From assembly GCF_009914755.1 (NCBI RefSeq), contig NC_060948.1: a stretch of DNA of 64,000 nucleotides; one strand, written 5' to 3'. This stretch comes from the human T2T-CHM13v2.0 reference genome, Homo sapiens. The position numbers were made by a program, and so were the translations under genes. Each line of letters opens with the position of its first letter. Position 1 is the first letter of the stretch. The notes below the pieces were generated by a model. It saw only the letters and a list, made by a program, of their open reading frames with translations, was not told the DNA's origin and did not search any database. Positions 1-15,440 of this stretch are shown in pieces.

Positions 1-294
1 TCTCTTATTTTAAAACACTACGGCATTTTAATAGGTAAATGGTAAGGTAGGGATGGAAAAAAAGACCCACAGGTTTGCTTTAGATAGAATCATTGAGATA
101 GATACCAGAACTGCCAACACTTGTGTGTTGTGTTGGCAACTCAAATAGCAGCAGGAGGATTTCCATAGATAGTGTTTTCCAAAGTGGTGACTAGTTCTTG
201 ATCAGGTTCTGATCGAAGCAACTGACTGCAGTCCTCTGTTTCCACTGGTTTGCTTTCTTGTGAATTTCATCTTGTGAATTAAAACTGTTCAAAC

Positions 295-440
295 GTGGAT
301 GGAACTGGAGGTCATTACATTAAGTGAGATAAGCCAGTCACTGGAGAACAGCACATATTCTCACTCCTGTTTGGGAACTCAAAAAAGTGGAGCTCATGTA
401 GATAGAATGTAGAATGGGGATTACCAGAGTCTGGGGAGAG
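295..440 (+). mobile_element. Old L1 (L1M-type) 3' fragment
   Basis: ggatggaactggaggtcattacattaagtgagataagccag...ttctcactc matches the L1 ORF2-end/3'UTR motif. Confidence 0.7.
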
Positions 441-894
441 AAGTCTCACAGTGGGCCACCATCATGAGTCTCAAAATGGGCTGCCATCTTAGTGGTAAAT
501 AGGTTAATAGAGACTTGCTTTAGTCCTTGATGAAACCCACTTGAATATGTGTTGAATACCTAGAATAGACAGCCACAGTAGGTGTCCATTAATTTCAAAA
601 ATTAGTATTTGCAAGCAAATTTATTCAGATGAGAAGTCTTCATGAAAACTAACCTTCTTGGGTAAGCAGGATGAAGCTGTTTGTGAGTATAACAGTGAGT
701 CATTGAATGAATATATTCCTACCTAATAGATTATAACATGTCCTAGCTTATTGAGGCAAATTATAAAAATATTATTAAGAACAACCATTTATCACACAAT
801 GTTTGGACTATTGCAAATTTCTTGTTTCTTGCTGTCAAAATTAAATCTATGGCATGTACTCAATGATCCTTCATGGAGGGAACTCCCCTTACTA

Positions 895-1690
895 TTTTTA
901 ATTTTCAGTTTATTTTTAACAGACAAATAATAATTTCATGTATTTATGCATTAAAAGGTGATTTTTTACACATTTATACATTGTGGATTTAACAAATCAT
1001 GCTAATTAAAATAATCATCACTTCACATATTTGTTATTTCTTTATGGTGAGATCATTTGAAATCCAATTCTTAGAGCAATTTAAAAATATACAGTATATT
1101 ATTAACTACAGTCACTGATATGGTTTGACTCTGTGATTCCACTCAAATATCATGTCAAATTGTAATCCCCAGTGTTGGAGGAGGGGCCTGGTGAGAGGTG
1201 GTTGAATCATGGGAGTGGACTTCCTTCTTGCTCCTCTTGTGATAATCAGGGAGTTCTCATGAGATCTGATGGTTTAAAAGTCTGTGGCACTTCCCCCCTC
1301 ACTCCTTCTCTCTCTCCTCCATCACCATGGTAAGACATGCTTGCTTCCCCTTCATCTTCCAACAAGATTGTATGTTTCCTGAGGCCTCCCCAGCCATGCC
1401 TCCTGCATAGCCTGCAGAACCAGGAGCCAATTACACCTCTTTTATGTATAAATTACTCAGTCTCACATAGTTCTTTATAGCAATGCCAGAACAGACAAAT
1501 ACACTCACCTCATTGTGCAACAGATCACCAGAACTTATCCTTCCTGTCTAATTGAAACTTTGTACCCTTTGAAAAATATACACGGCATATCCCCATCCTC
1601 TACCATCCACCATTCTACTCTCTAGTTCTGTGTGTTTGACTTTTTTAGTTTCCACATATGAGGGAGGTTATGCAATTTTTGTTTTCCTGC
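895..1690 (-). mobile_element. L1MA-type 3' end, split by an MST LTR
   Basis: Antisense L1 3'UTR motifs (attattaactacagtcac...ctcattgtgcaacagatcaccagaacttatcc...ttccacatatgag) continue on both sides of the LTR. Confidence 0.75.
1116..1503 (+). mobile_element. MSTA/MSTB (MaLR) solo LTR
   Basis: tgatatggtttgactctgtg...agaacagacaaataca; 5-bp TSD gtcac/ctcac. Confidence 0.9.
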
Positions 1691-1710
1691 CAACTTCCGG
1701 GGCATGGAAT

Positions 1711-1842
1711 GGTATGTGGATGGCAGACATACCCCAAATTGGCTACAGAGCTCTGAGGAGAAACCTTGAAGACAACTTAAGGGCATTTTGGAATCTGGCT
1801 CTGAGGCACACAGCAGGCTTAATGGGTCTTTAATCACAACCA
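1711..1842 (+). repeat. Local duplication A, copy 1 (partner 2720-2849)
   Basis: 37-bp identical core at 1780-1816 and 2787-2823; flanks align. Confidence 0.9.
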
Positions 1843-1879
1843 TTGGAGAACCAGGATAATATTCCTCCCTGCCTTTGTC

Positions 1880-2635
1880 CACTTGGGCTTCTATAATAAA
1901 ATATCATGCACTGAGTGGCTAAAGCAACAATCATCAATTTCTCATGCTTCTGGAGAGCGGAAGTCCAAGATATGGATGTCAGCAGACCCAGTGGCTGGAA
2001 AGGACTCTCTTTTTGGTTTTCAGATGGCTACCTTCTTGTGTCTGCAAATGATGGTGGGGGAGAGAGGGTGGAGAACAAGCTCTCTTGTCTCTCTGATTAT
2101 AAAGGCACTAATCCCATCATGAGGGCTCCATTCTCATGACCTGTTTTTCAAAGTCCCCATCTTCAAATACCATCTGTCTTAGTCTTACAGGCTGCTATAA
2201 TGAATACACTATAAAATGGGTGGCTTATAAGCAACATAAATTTATTCCTTCCAGTTCTGGAGGCTGGAAGTCCAAGATCAAGTTGTGGCAGGTTTAGTGT
2301 CTGGTGAGGACTGTTCTCCTAGTTCACGGATGGTGCTATGTCCATTCTGGTTTATAGATGACATTATGTTCTTCCTGTGTCCTCACATGGTGGAAAGGGT
2401 GAGGGAGCTCTCTGGTTCCCTTTTTATAACGAAACTCATTCCATCCATGAGGCTCCATCCTTATGACCTCACCACCTCCCAAAAGCACCACCTCCTAACA
2501 CGATCACCTTGGAGGTGAAAATTCCAATATGTGAAATTTGGAGGGCAGATATTCAGATCATAGGACCATGATAGTAAAAATTGGGATTCCAAAACATATA
2601 AATTTGGGGAAGTTGAGATAAACATTCATTCCATT
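1880..2635 (-). mobile_element. Nested MaLR LTRs (MLT1A/MST-type inner copy at about 2175-2565 inside an older copy)
   Basis: Two copies of tctggag..ggaagtccaagat...cccatcatgagggctcca-like motifs; inner copy starts tgtcttagtc. Confidence 0.75.
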
Positions 2636-2719
2636 GCATCCCCTACCTGCCCTGTGTAAAGAGAATGCATGCCTATTGAATTCAGATGCCTGCCTATCTA
2701 ACTGGCATTTTCTCTTGCG

Positions 2720-2849
2720 GGGTATGGATGGTACACATGCCCCAACTGGCTACAGAGCTGTGGGCAGAAAGCTTGAAAGCAGCTTGAGGGCATTTTGGAA
2801 TCTGGCTCTGAGGCACACAGCAGACTTAATGAGTCTTTAATGACAACCA
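2720..2849 (+). repeat. Local duplication A, copy 2
   Basis: See copy 1; both predicted ORFs share LRAFWNLALRHTA. Confidence 0.9.
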
Positions 2850-3274
2850 GAGACTTGGAGGTGGAGGGTGATTTTCTACACAGCAGATGAGAATGAACTT
2901 CTCTCCAACATTTGTTTGGATGAAGCAACTCAAGCCATCCATGAGATCAAATGCCCGGGCCTGTCAATACCCAGCTGATTGGAAAGTCTTCTGGGAAAGA
3001 ATGAACCTTCTCATTCCCCATCTGGCAGGCTTCTGATGCCACTGCACCATTGGAGGTTCCTAAAATGCTCATCAACACAATTCACTGGCAGCTCATTTTA
3101 CCTAGGATTTGACCCTCAACATTACTGAGTTGGGGGAGAGAAACTTTCCACCTCTCAGGTAGGAGACCAGAATTGGGCCATGAACAAAGGAAGTGGGAAG
3201 CCCTGCCATCTGTAGCAATGGGACTGGTTTCTTGGGAAAAACTTGGTTTTACAAGGTTTAGAAAATCTGCTCAT

Positions 3275-4050
3275 CAAAACTACCATCTCATCCAGCAATC
3301 CCACTCACTGTGTATCTACCCACAGGAAAATAAATCATTCTATCCAAAAGATACCTGCACTCACCCGTTTATCATAGCACTAGTCACAATAGCAAAGATA
3401 TGGAATCAACCTAAGTTGACTCCTCTCAAAATGTAAGTGTCCATCAGTGCATGAATGGATAAAGAAAATGTGGCATATATACACACCATGTGTATTAATC
3501 TGTTCTCACACTGCTGATAAAGACATACCCAAGACTGGGTAATTTATAAAGGAAAGAGGTTTTAATGGACTTACAGTTCTATATGGCTGGGGAGGCCTTA
3601 TAGTCATGGCAGAAGAGCAGGGTATGTCTTACATGGCATCAGGCAAGAAGAGAATGAGAACCAAGCAAAAAGTGAAACCCCTTATAAAACCATCAGATCT
3701 CGTGAGATTTATTCACTACTATGTAGACATTATGAGGGAGACTGCCCCCTTGATTCAATTATCTCCTACTGGATCTCTCCTGCAACACATGGGCATTATG
3801 GCAGCTACAATTCAAGATGATATTTGTGTGGGGACACAGCCAAACCATATCTCCACGGAATATTACACAGCCCTCCAAATGAATTAAATCATGACTTTTG
3901 CAGCAACATGGATAGAACTGGAGGATATTATCCTAAGTGAAACAACTCAAAAACAGAGAGATAAACACCCCATATTCTCACTTATAAGTGGGAGCTAAAC
4001 ATTGTGTAGACATGGACATAGACAGTGGAATAAGAGACATTGGGGTTTGG
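3275..4050 (+). mobile_element. L1PB/L1MA 3' fragment split by THE1
   Basis: atccagcaatcccactc...aagaaaatgtggcatatatacacaccatg|gaatattacacagcc. Confidence 0.85.
3491..3852 (-). mobile_element. THE1 (MaLR) solo LTR
   Basis: tgtattaatctgttctcacactgctgataaagacatacc...cagccaaaccatatc; TSD ccatg/ccacg. Confidence 0.9.
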
Positions 4051-4164
4051 GAGTAAGTATGTTATTACTGGAAAGAACATGCCCACATTTTTACTATGAG
4101 TAGTACAGATTGAGTTTACAGGGATAATACATTTCTTTTTGAACATGGATCAAAAATATTTTTG

Positions 4165-4600
4165 CAAGATATAGAACTAATCTAACTGTCCATTAACCAA
4201 TGAGTGGATAAGACTATGTGGATACCATGGAATACTACTCAGCTATAAAAGCGAATGAAATAATGTCTTCTACAGCAACTTGGATAGAACTGGGGGCCAC
4301 TATTCTAAGTGAAGTAACTCAAGAATGGAAAACCAAACATTGTATGTTCTCACCTATAGGTGGGAACTAAACTATGAGGATGCAAAGGCATAAGAATGAT
4401 ATAATGGACTTCAAGGACTCAGGGAGGTGGGAAGGCTGGGAGTGGGGTGAGGGATAAAAGACTACATATTGGGCACAGTGTACACTGCTTGGATGGTAGG
4501 CACACAAAAATCTCAGGAATCACCAGTAATGAATGTAACACGTAACCTTAAACCACCTGTATTCCCCACAACTATTAAAATAAAAACAAAAAGTATTAAA
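4165..4600 (+). mobile_element. L1PB/L1MA 3' end with A-rich tail
   Basis: ccatggaatactactcagctataaaa...ccccacaactattaaaataaaaa. Confidence 0.85.
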
Positions 4601-4641
4601 AAAATTTTTTTTGGCACATTTTGAGTACCAAGCACTAAATT

Positions 4642-5456
<815 letters not shown>

Positions 5457-5509
5457 CACTAATTTAAAAGCAAATGGCATATATGAGTAGAAAGTTTTCA
5501 TTTTGTAAG

Positions 5510-5640
5510 TGGAAAATGAGTTCTGAAGATGGATGGTGATGGTTGCACAATAACATGAATATATTTAACACTACTTCAGGGTACACTTAAAAATGGTGAA
5601 GATAATAGCTTTTGCATTATGTTCATGCAATTTTAAAAAT
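5510..5640 (+). mobile_element. Old L1 (L1MB/MC) terminal fragment
   Basis: gttctgaagatggatggtgatggttgcacaa...gtacacttaaaaatgg. Confidence 0.7.
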
Positions 5641-7524
5641 ATACAGTACCAAAAAATGGTCCTTTCCTCCTCTTAGGATAATGGTAGACATACATCAATG
5701 CATACATTTTACTCTGAAGTCACTTGCAAGATAGCCTGCTAAATGATTTCAAGTCCCTCTTGCTGGTTCAATGAGAAGCAGAGAAAATAACCATGTTCCT
5801 ATATCACAGTAGAGGACATGCAAACTGCAGCTGATTGATATCACAGGCCATACCAAGGAGAAGGCCACACTTGGATTGCATTTTCCTGTCACCATGGATG
5901 TTCTATTAAAGAGATATTAGCAGAAATCCATTCTTAAAAAACGTGTTCATTTCTTTTTCCAGCACTTTAAATTGAAGGAACACATTTTCTCAATGGGAAA
6001 GCTCTAAGATATGTGCCCCCAGGCAAGCAAGTCTTGGATATATTACTAAAAGTTGCATTGGCCAATGTGGGTGGAGCCCTCTGGATACAGATGAGAGTCT
6101 TGGGAATTTAAAGTCTACATATTTTTATTTAATCTTTACATCAGTATTGATAACAGTCCATTGTTATCTGTGTTTTTCAGCCTAGGTGACTGGTACAACT
6201 CACCACTGGTCACCCAGTCAGAAAACGTGCATTCAGGATTCAAACCCAATTAGCTTGCCTTAAGAGCCTAAAAATTCTTGCCAGTTTCCTGGTCTCTGCT
6301 CAGGTGAAAAACAGCCATTTCTTGGTGTCTTCACAAGATGCATTATCACACTCTTCTTCCTCACATATTAGGTGATTTCACAGAGGTGCAACCTGGAGTT
6401 AAGTATTTTTAAGTGCCTCTTATGTATTTCTGTCCTCATCACATTACATTTAAATCAATCCAATAATATGTATTGACTTAAAACACATCACTGTTGGGGG
6501 CCCATTCCAAGATGGCTGAGTAGGAACAGCTCTGGTCTGCAACTCCCAGCATAATCAACACAGAAGACAGGTGATTTTTGCATTTCCAACTGAGGTACCT
6601 GATTTATCTCATTGAGACTGGTTGGACAGTGGGTGCAGCCCACAGAGGGTGGGCTGAAGCAGGGTGAGGTTTTATCTCACCCAGGAAGCACAAGGGGTTG
6701 GGAGATTTCCCTTTCCTAGCCAAGGGAATCTGTGACAGACTGTACCTGGAAAAATGGTACACTACGCCCAAATACTGCACTTTTCCAACAGTCTTAGCAA
6801 CCAGCAGACCAGGAGATTCTCTCCCATGCCTGGATCAGTGGGTCCCATGCCTAAGGACCCTTGCTTAATGCTAATGCAGCAGTCTGACTGAGATTGACCT
6901 CCGAGGCTGCAGCCAGGTGGGGGGAGGGGCGTCCACCATTGCTGAGGCTTGAGTAGGTAAACAAAGTGGCTTGGAATCTCAAACTGGGCAGAGCCCACTG
7001 CAGCTCAGCAAGACCTATTGCCTCTATAGACTCCACCTCTGTGGGCAGGGAATAGCTGAACAAAAGGCAGCAGAAACTTCTGCAGACTTAAAAGTCCCTG
7101 CCTGAAAGCTCTGAAGAGAGCAGTAGTTCTCCCAGCATGGCTTTTGAGCTCTGAGAATGCACAGACTTGCTCTTCAAGTGGGTCCCTGATCACTGTGTAG
7201 CCTAACTGGGAGACACCTCCCAGTAGGAGCTGACAGACACCTCATACACCTAGAGGGTGCCCCTTTGGGACAAAGCTTCCAGAGGAAGGATCAGACAGTA
7301 ATATTTGCTGTTCTGCAGCTTCCACTGGTGATACCCAGGAAAACAGGGTCTGGAATGGACCTTCAGCAAACTCCAATGGACCTGCAGCAGAGGGACCTGA
7401 CTGATAGAAGGAAAACCAACAAGCAGAAAGGAATAGCATCAACATCAACAAAAAGGACATCCACACCAAAACCCCATCTGTAGGACATCAACATCAAAGA
7501 CCAAAGGTAGACAAAACCACAAAG

Positions 7525-8544
7525 ATGGGGAGAAACTAGAGCATAAAAGCTGAAAATTCTAAAAACCAGAGAGCCTCTCCTCCTCCAAAGGATTGCAGCT
7601 CCTCCCCAGCAATGGAACAAAGCAGGACAGAGAATGGCTTTGATGAGTTGACAGAAGCAAGCTTCAGAAAGTTGGTAATAACAAACTTCTCCAGCTAAAG
7701 GAGCATGTTCAAACCCATAACAAGAAAGCTAAAAACCTTGAAAAAAGATTAGATGAATGGCTAACTGGAATAAACAGTGTAGAGAAGACATTAAATGACC
7801 CGATGGAGCTGAAAACCATGGTATGAGAACTTCGTGATGCATGCACAAGCTTCAATAACTCATTTGATCAATGAAAGAAAGGATATAAGGGAAGGAAGAT
7901 CAAATTAATGAAATAAAGTGAGAAGACAAGATTAGAAAAAAAAAAGTAAAAAGAAACAAAACTTCCAAGAAATAAGGGGCTATGTGAAAAGACCAAATCT
8001 ACATTTCATCAGTGTACCTGAAAGTGGAGGGGAGAATGGAATCAAGTTGGAAAACACTCTGCAGGATATTATCCAGGAGAACTTCCCTAACCTAGCAAGG
8101 CAGGCCAACATTCAAATTCAGGAAATACAGAGAATACCACAAAGATACTCCTCGAGAACAGCAGAACCAAGACACATAATTGTCAAATTCACCATGGTAG
8201 AAATGAAGGAAAAAATGTTAAGGGCAGCCAGAGAGAAAGGTCAGGTTACCCACAACAGTAAGCCCTTTGGACTAACAGCAGATCTCTCAGCAGAAACCAT
8301 GGAATCCAGAAGAGAGTGGGGGCCAATATTCAACATTCTTAAAGAAAAGAATTTTCAACTCAGAATTTCATATTCAGCCAAACTAAGCTTCATAAGTGAA
8401 GGAGAAATAAAATCCTTTACAGACAAGCAAATGATGACAGATTTCGTCACCACCAGGCTTGCCTTACAAGAGCACCTGAAGGAAGCACTGAACATGGAAA
8501 GGAATAACTGGTACCAGCCACTGCAAAAACATGCCAAACTGTAA
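7525..8544 (+). pseudogene. Disrupted L1 ORF1p (RNA-binding chaperone)
   Basis: ATG at 7525; C-terminal part in ORF 7984-8544 (KRPNL...IQENFPNLARQ...YQPLQKHAKL); N-terminal part broken by stops and frameshifts. Confidence 0.93.
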
Positions 8545-8607
8545 AGACCATTGATGCTATGAAGAAGCTGCATCAATTAATGGGCAAAATAACCAGCTAA
8601 CATCATA

Positions 8608-11600
8608 ATGACAGGATAAAATTCACACAAAATAATATTGACCTTAAATTGTAAATGAGCTAAATGCCCCAGTTAGAGTCACAGACTGGCAAATTAGATA
8701 TAGAGTCAAGACCCATCAGTGTGCTGTATTCAGGAGACCCATCTCATGTGCAGAGACACATATAGGCTCAAACTAAAGGGAAGTAGGAACATCTACCAAG
8801 AAAATGGAAAGCAAAAAAAGCAGGGGTTGCAATCCTAGTCTCTGATAAAACAGACTTTAAACCAACAAAGATCAAGAAACAAAGAAAGTCATCATCTAAT
8901 GGTAAAGGGATCAATTCAACAAGAAGAGCTAACTATCCTAAATATATATGCACCCAACAGGAGCATATATATTCATTCATATGCTTATCTTATCATATTC
9001 ATATAAAGATTCATACAGCAAGTCTTTAGAGACCTACAAGGAGACTTAGACTCCCATACAATAATAATGAGAGACTTTAACACCCCACTGTCAATATGAA
9101 ACAGATCAATGAGAAGTGAAGAAGGTTGACAAAGATATCCAGGACTTGAACTCAGCTCTGTGACAAGTGGACCTAATAGACATCTACAGAACTCTCCACC
9201 CCAGATCAACAGAATATACATTCTTCTCAGCGCCATATCACAGTTATTCTAAAATTGACCACATAATTGGAAGTAAAGCACTCCTCAGCAAATGTAAAAT
9301 AACAGAAATCACAAAAACTGTCTCTCAGACCACAGTCCAATCAAATTAGAACTCAGGATTAAGAAACTCACTCAAAACTGCACAACTATATGGAAACTGA
9401 ACAACCGGCTCCTGAATGACTACTAGGTAAATAACAAAATGAAGGCAGAAATAATGAGGTTCCTTGAAACCAGTGAGAACAAAGACACAATGCACCAGAA
9501 TCTCTGGGACACACTTAAAGCACTGTACAGAGGGAAATTTATAGCACTAAATGCCCTCATGAGGAAGCAGGAAAGATAAAAAATTTACACCCTAACATCA
9601 CAATTAAAAGAACTGGAGAAGCAAGAGCAAACAAATTCAGAAGCTAGCAGAAGGCAAGAAGTAACTAAGATCAGAGCAGAACTAAAGGAGATAGAGACAC
9701 AAAACACCATTCAAAAAATCAATGAATCCAGAAACTGGTGTTTTGAAAAGATCAACAAAATTGATAGACTGCTAGCAAGACTAATAAAGAAAAAAGGAGA
9801 GAAGAATCAAATAGAAGAAATATAAAATGATAAAGGGGATATCACCACCGATCCCACAGAAATACAAACTACCATCAGAGAATACTATAAACACCTCTAC
9901 ACAAACGAACTAGAAAATCTAGAAGAAATGGATAAATTCCTGGACACATACACCCTGCCAATACTAAACCAGGAAGAAGTTGAATATCTGAACAGATCAA
10001 TAGCAGGCTCTGAAATTGAGGCAATAGTTAATAGCCTAACCACCAAAAAAAGTCCAGGACCAGACAGATTCACAGTCAAATTCTACCAGATGTACAAACA
10101 GGAGCTGGCACCATTCCTTCTGAAAGTATTCCTGTCAACTGAAAAGAGGGAATCCTCCCTAATTCATTTTATGAGGCCAGCATCATCCTGATACCAAAGC
10201 CTGGCAGAGACACAACAACAAAAAAAGGGAACTTAAGACCTATATCCCTGATGAATATTGATGCAAAAATCCTCAATAAAATACTGGCAAACCAAATCCA
10301 GCAGCACATCAAAAAGCTTATCCACCACAGTCAAGTCAGTTTCACCCCAGGGATGCAAGGCTGCTTCAACATACACAAATCAATAAATGTATCCCATCAC
10401 ATAAACAGAACCAATGACAAAAAACATACGATTATCTCAATGGATGCAGAAAAAGCCTTTGATAAAATTCAACAGCCCTTCAGGCTATAAACTCTTAATA
10501 AACTACGTATTGATGGAATGAATTTCAAAATAATCAGAGCTATTTATGGCAAACCCACAGCCTAGCATTTGAAGTTCTTTCCAGGGCAATCAGGCAAGAG
10601 AAAGAGATAGTGTATTCAATTAGGAAAAGAGGAAGTCAAATTGTCCCAGTTTGCAGATGATATGATTGTATATTTAGAAAACCCCATTGTTTCAGGCCAA
10701 AATTTCCTCAAGCTGATAAGCACTTCAGCAAAGTCTCAGGATACAAAATCAATGTGCAAAAACCACAAGCATTCCTTTGCACCAATAACAGACAAACAGA
10801 GAGCTAAATCATCAGTAAACTCCCATTTCCAATTGCTACAAAGAGAATAAAATACCTAGGAATCCAACTTACAAGGGATGGGAAGGATCTCTTCAAGAAC
10901 TACAAACCACTGCTCAATAAAAGAAAAGAGGACAAAAACAAATGGAAGAACATTCCATACTCATGGATAAGAAGAATCAATAACATGAAAATGGCCATAC
11001 TGCACAAGGTAATTTATAGATTCAATGCCATCCCCATCAATCTACCAATGACTTTCTTCACAGAGTTGGAAAAAAAACTACTTTAAACTACATATGGAAC
11101 CAAAAAAGACACTGCATAGCCCAAGAAAATCCTAAGCAAAAAGAACAAAGCTGGAGGCATCATGCTACCTGACTTCAAACTATACTACAAGACTATAGTA
11201 ACCAAAACAGCATGGTAATGGTACGAAAACAGAGATATAGACCAATGGAAGAGAACAGAGCCCTCAGAAACAAAGCCACATATCTACAACTACCTGATCT
11301 TTGACAAACCTGACAAAAACAAGAAATGGGGAATGGATTCCCTATTTAATAAATGGTGCTGGGAAAACTGGCTAGCTATGTGTAGAAAAATGAAGCTGAA
11401 TCAAAAGAAGCAACCATCAGAGTGAACAGGCAACCTACAGAATGGGAGAAAATTTTTGCAATCTACCCATCTGACAAAGGGCTAATATCCAGAATCTACA
11501 GAGAACTTAAACAAATTTTCAAGAAAAAGAAAACCATTAAAACGTGGGCAAAGGATATAAACAGACACTTCTCAAAGAAGACATTTATGCAGCCAACAGA

Positions 11601-12157
11601 CATGTGAAAAAATGCTCATCATCACTAGTCATCCAAGAAATGTTAATCAAAACCACAATGAGATACTATGTCACACCAATTAGGATGGCGATCATTAAAA
11701 AGTCAGCAAACTGCAGATGTTGGAGAGGATGTGGAGAAATAAGAATGCTTTTACACTGTTGGTGGGAGAGTAAATTAGTTCAACCATTGTGGAAGACAGT
11801 GTGGCAATTCCTCAAGGATCTAGAACTTGAAATACCTTTTGACCCAGCAATCCCATTACTGGGTATATACCCAAAGGATTACATATTATGCTAAGATAAA
11901 GACACATGCACACGTATGTTTATTTGACAATATTCACAATAGCAAAGACTTGGAACCAACGTAAATGTCCATCAATGATAGACTGGATTAAGAAAATGTG
12001 GCACATATACATCATGGGATACTATACAGCCATAAGATAGGATGAATTCACGTCCTTTGCAGGGACATGGATGAAGCTGGAAACCATCATTTTCAGCAAT
12101 CTATCACAAGGACAGGAAACCAAACACCACATGTTCTCACTCATAGGTGGGAATCGA
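8608..12157 (+). pseudogene. Disrupted L1 ORF2p (endonuclease / reverse transcriptase)
   Basis: Fragments [48 protein letters not shown]...LHCWW in different frames; internal deletions. Confidence 0.93.
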
Positions 12158-12513
12158 ACAATGAGAACACTTGAACACAGTGGGGAGAATGTCACACACC
12201 AGGGCCTGTTGGGGAGTGGGGTCTGGGGGAGGGATAGCATTAGGAGAAATACCTAATGTAAATGATGACTTGATGGGTGCAGCCAACCAATATGGCACAT
12301 GTATACCTAGGTATCAAAACTGCACGTTATGCACATGTACCCTAGAACTTAAAGTATAATAAAAATAATAATAAAATATCAGTGTTCATGTCAAAGCTAC
12401 AGATATATAGACAACACTGTTACTGACTGTACAGACTGCACCCTGTGGAGGGAAATGAAGCTACAGCAGACAAAGATACACAGGTAATGGACACAAGGGG
12501 AGTTTGGAAAATT

Positions 12514-12863
12514 GTCTTCTTTCCCTGGGGCTGCTATAACAAAACACTACGGACTTGAGGCTTATTAACAGCAGCTATTTATGTCTCACAGCTGGAATTC
12601 CAAGATCAAAGTGTGCCAGATGCAATGTCTGGTGATAACCAGCTTCTTTATTCACAGACAGTGACTTCTTGCTGTGTCCTTACATGGTGGAAGGTGCAAG
12701 AGAGCTCTTTGGAGTCCCTTTTTATAAGGGCACTCATCCCACTCATGAGGCACCGCCTCCACAACCTCATTATCTCTCAAAGGCTCCATCTCCCAACACC
12801 ATGATCTTGAGTGTTAGAATTTTCACACAGAAAATTTGGAGGACACAAACATTCACACCATAG
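12514..12863 (-). mobile_element. MST/MLT1A-type MaLR LTR
   Basis: gggctgctataacaaaacact...ggaggacacaaacattcacaccatag. Confidence 0.8.
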
Positions 12864-12887
12864 ATTAGTAATATAAAAAATGAATAG

Positions 12888-13190
12888 GGTCAGGGCAGCA
12901 GCTCACAGCTGTAATTCCAGCACTTTGGGGGGCTGAAGTGGGCAGATCACTTGAGGTCAGGAGTTTGAGACCAGCCTAGTTAATATGGTGAAACCCTATC
13001 TCTACTAAAAATACAAAACTCAGCCAGGTGTGGTTGCACCTGCCAGTGTTTCAGCTACTCAGGAGGCTGAACAGGAGAATCACTTGAGCCTGGGAGGTGG
13101 TGGTTGCAATGAGACAAGATTGAGACAACTACACTCCGGTCTGAGCAACAAAGCAAGACTACTCAAAAAAAAAAAAAAAAAAAAAAAAAA
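12888..13190 (+). mobile_element. AluS
   Basis: Dimeric Alu with long poly-A. Confidence 0.93.
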
Positions 13191-13483
<293 letters not shown>

Positions 13484-14130
13484 GTGAATAAATCATATAG
13501 AAAGAAAAAGAAGAAGAGCTGTTAATTCAGTAAAAGGAACTTGGTAACATTTCAGGAACAAAATGGCTTTAGAGTTGGGACTTCCAATGTGTGGGCATTC
13601 AGCATACAGAGATGGGGCCAGAGAGGAAAATGATAGTGAGGTCAGAGAGGATGGGAGGAGATAAGTAAAGCAAAAGGATAGAACCAAAAGGAAAAGCAGA
13701 ATCGAGTCTAGGGGAGAAGGGAACTTGGAAAAGCAGAGGCATTAACCTCTCTATAACTTTGTGAATAACTCTTTGTATTTGTCTGACCTGGGAAAAAGTT
13801 CCAGAGCAACCACTTTCAAGCTTGGGCAAATTTCTCAATTACTCTAAGTCTCATCTTTTCTTTTCTTTACTTTTGTTTTTTGGTTTTTACAGTTGTTTGC
13901 ACAAGAGTAGCAACCATCCAGAGTGGGGTGCATGGAGTAAACTCAGAAAAAGTCATGCTTTAAAAAAATGCTTAGTCCAATGGCTATCATCGAATATGCT
14001 CATTAGGAAATAACAAAATACAACAAAAATTTGAAGGTATGGAGTTGACTGATGATCTAAAGAGTCAGCCATGTGTAATTATAAAAGTTTACAGACCTGA
14101 GATTTATGAATATTTTGTTTGTTTCTAAGT

Positions 14131-14989
<859 letters not shown>

Positions 14990-15440
14990 TAATTTCAATT
15001 TTTATTTCTACTGAAATAAATTGGGGATCTCAATCAACCTAGGAGCCTGTTGGGTTTGCCCATTGCTGAATTGCTGATGATTGTTCCAATGCTGGGATTA
15101 TAATAGGCATTTGATTAACATTAGGTTTATACATCAGGTGAGTAAGGAGGAGACTGGCTTCATTAATACCACATAGTCACCATGCAAAAGTATCACATTT
15201 ATTAGGGAAGTGTGACACTGGCATGGAGAAATCAAATGAATAAAATTCCTATAGTAAATCATGGCTGAACATAATGTAAAATAGTCATTATAGAAAAGAA
15301 ATTATAATTACTTCTCCAATATTCCGTACAATAACACTCTAGGAAGGCAATCACATTACTAGTATTGATTTTGACCAATTGTCTTTTCCAGTCATTAAAA
15401 TGAATGACAACCACAAAACCTAAAGTATGCATACACTTCT

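Larger units (their letters stand above)
6496..12372 (+). mobile_element. Full-length inactive LINE-1 (about L1PA6/L1PA7)
   Basis: 5'UTR gggggcccattccaagatggctgagtaggaacagctc, ORF1 and ORF2 remnants, 3'UTR and A-tail; degenerate TSD aacacatcactgtt/aaaatatcagtgtt. Confidence 0.97.

Noticed and set aside
7525-12157. Active L1 or a domesticated reverse transcriptase
   Set aside because: Multiple stops, frameshifts and deletion of an RT core motif
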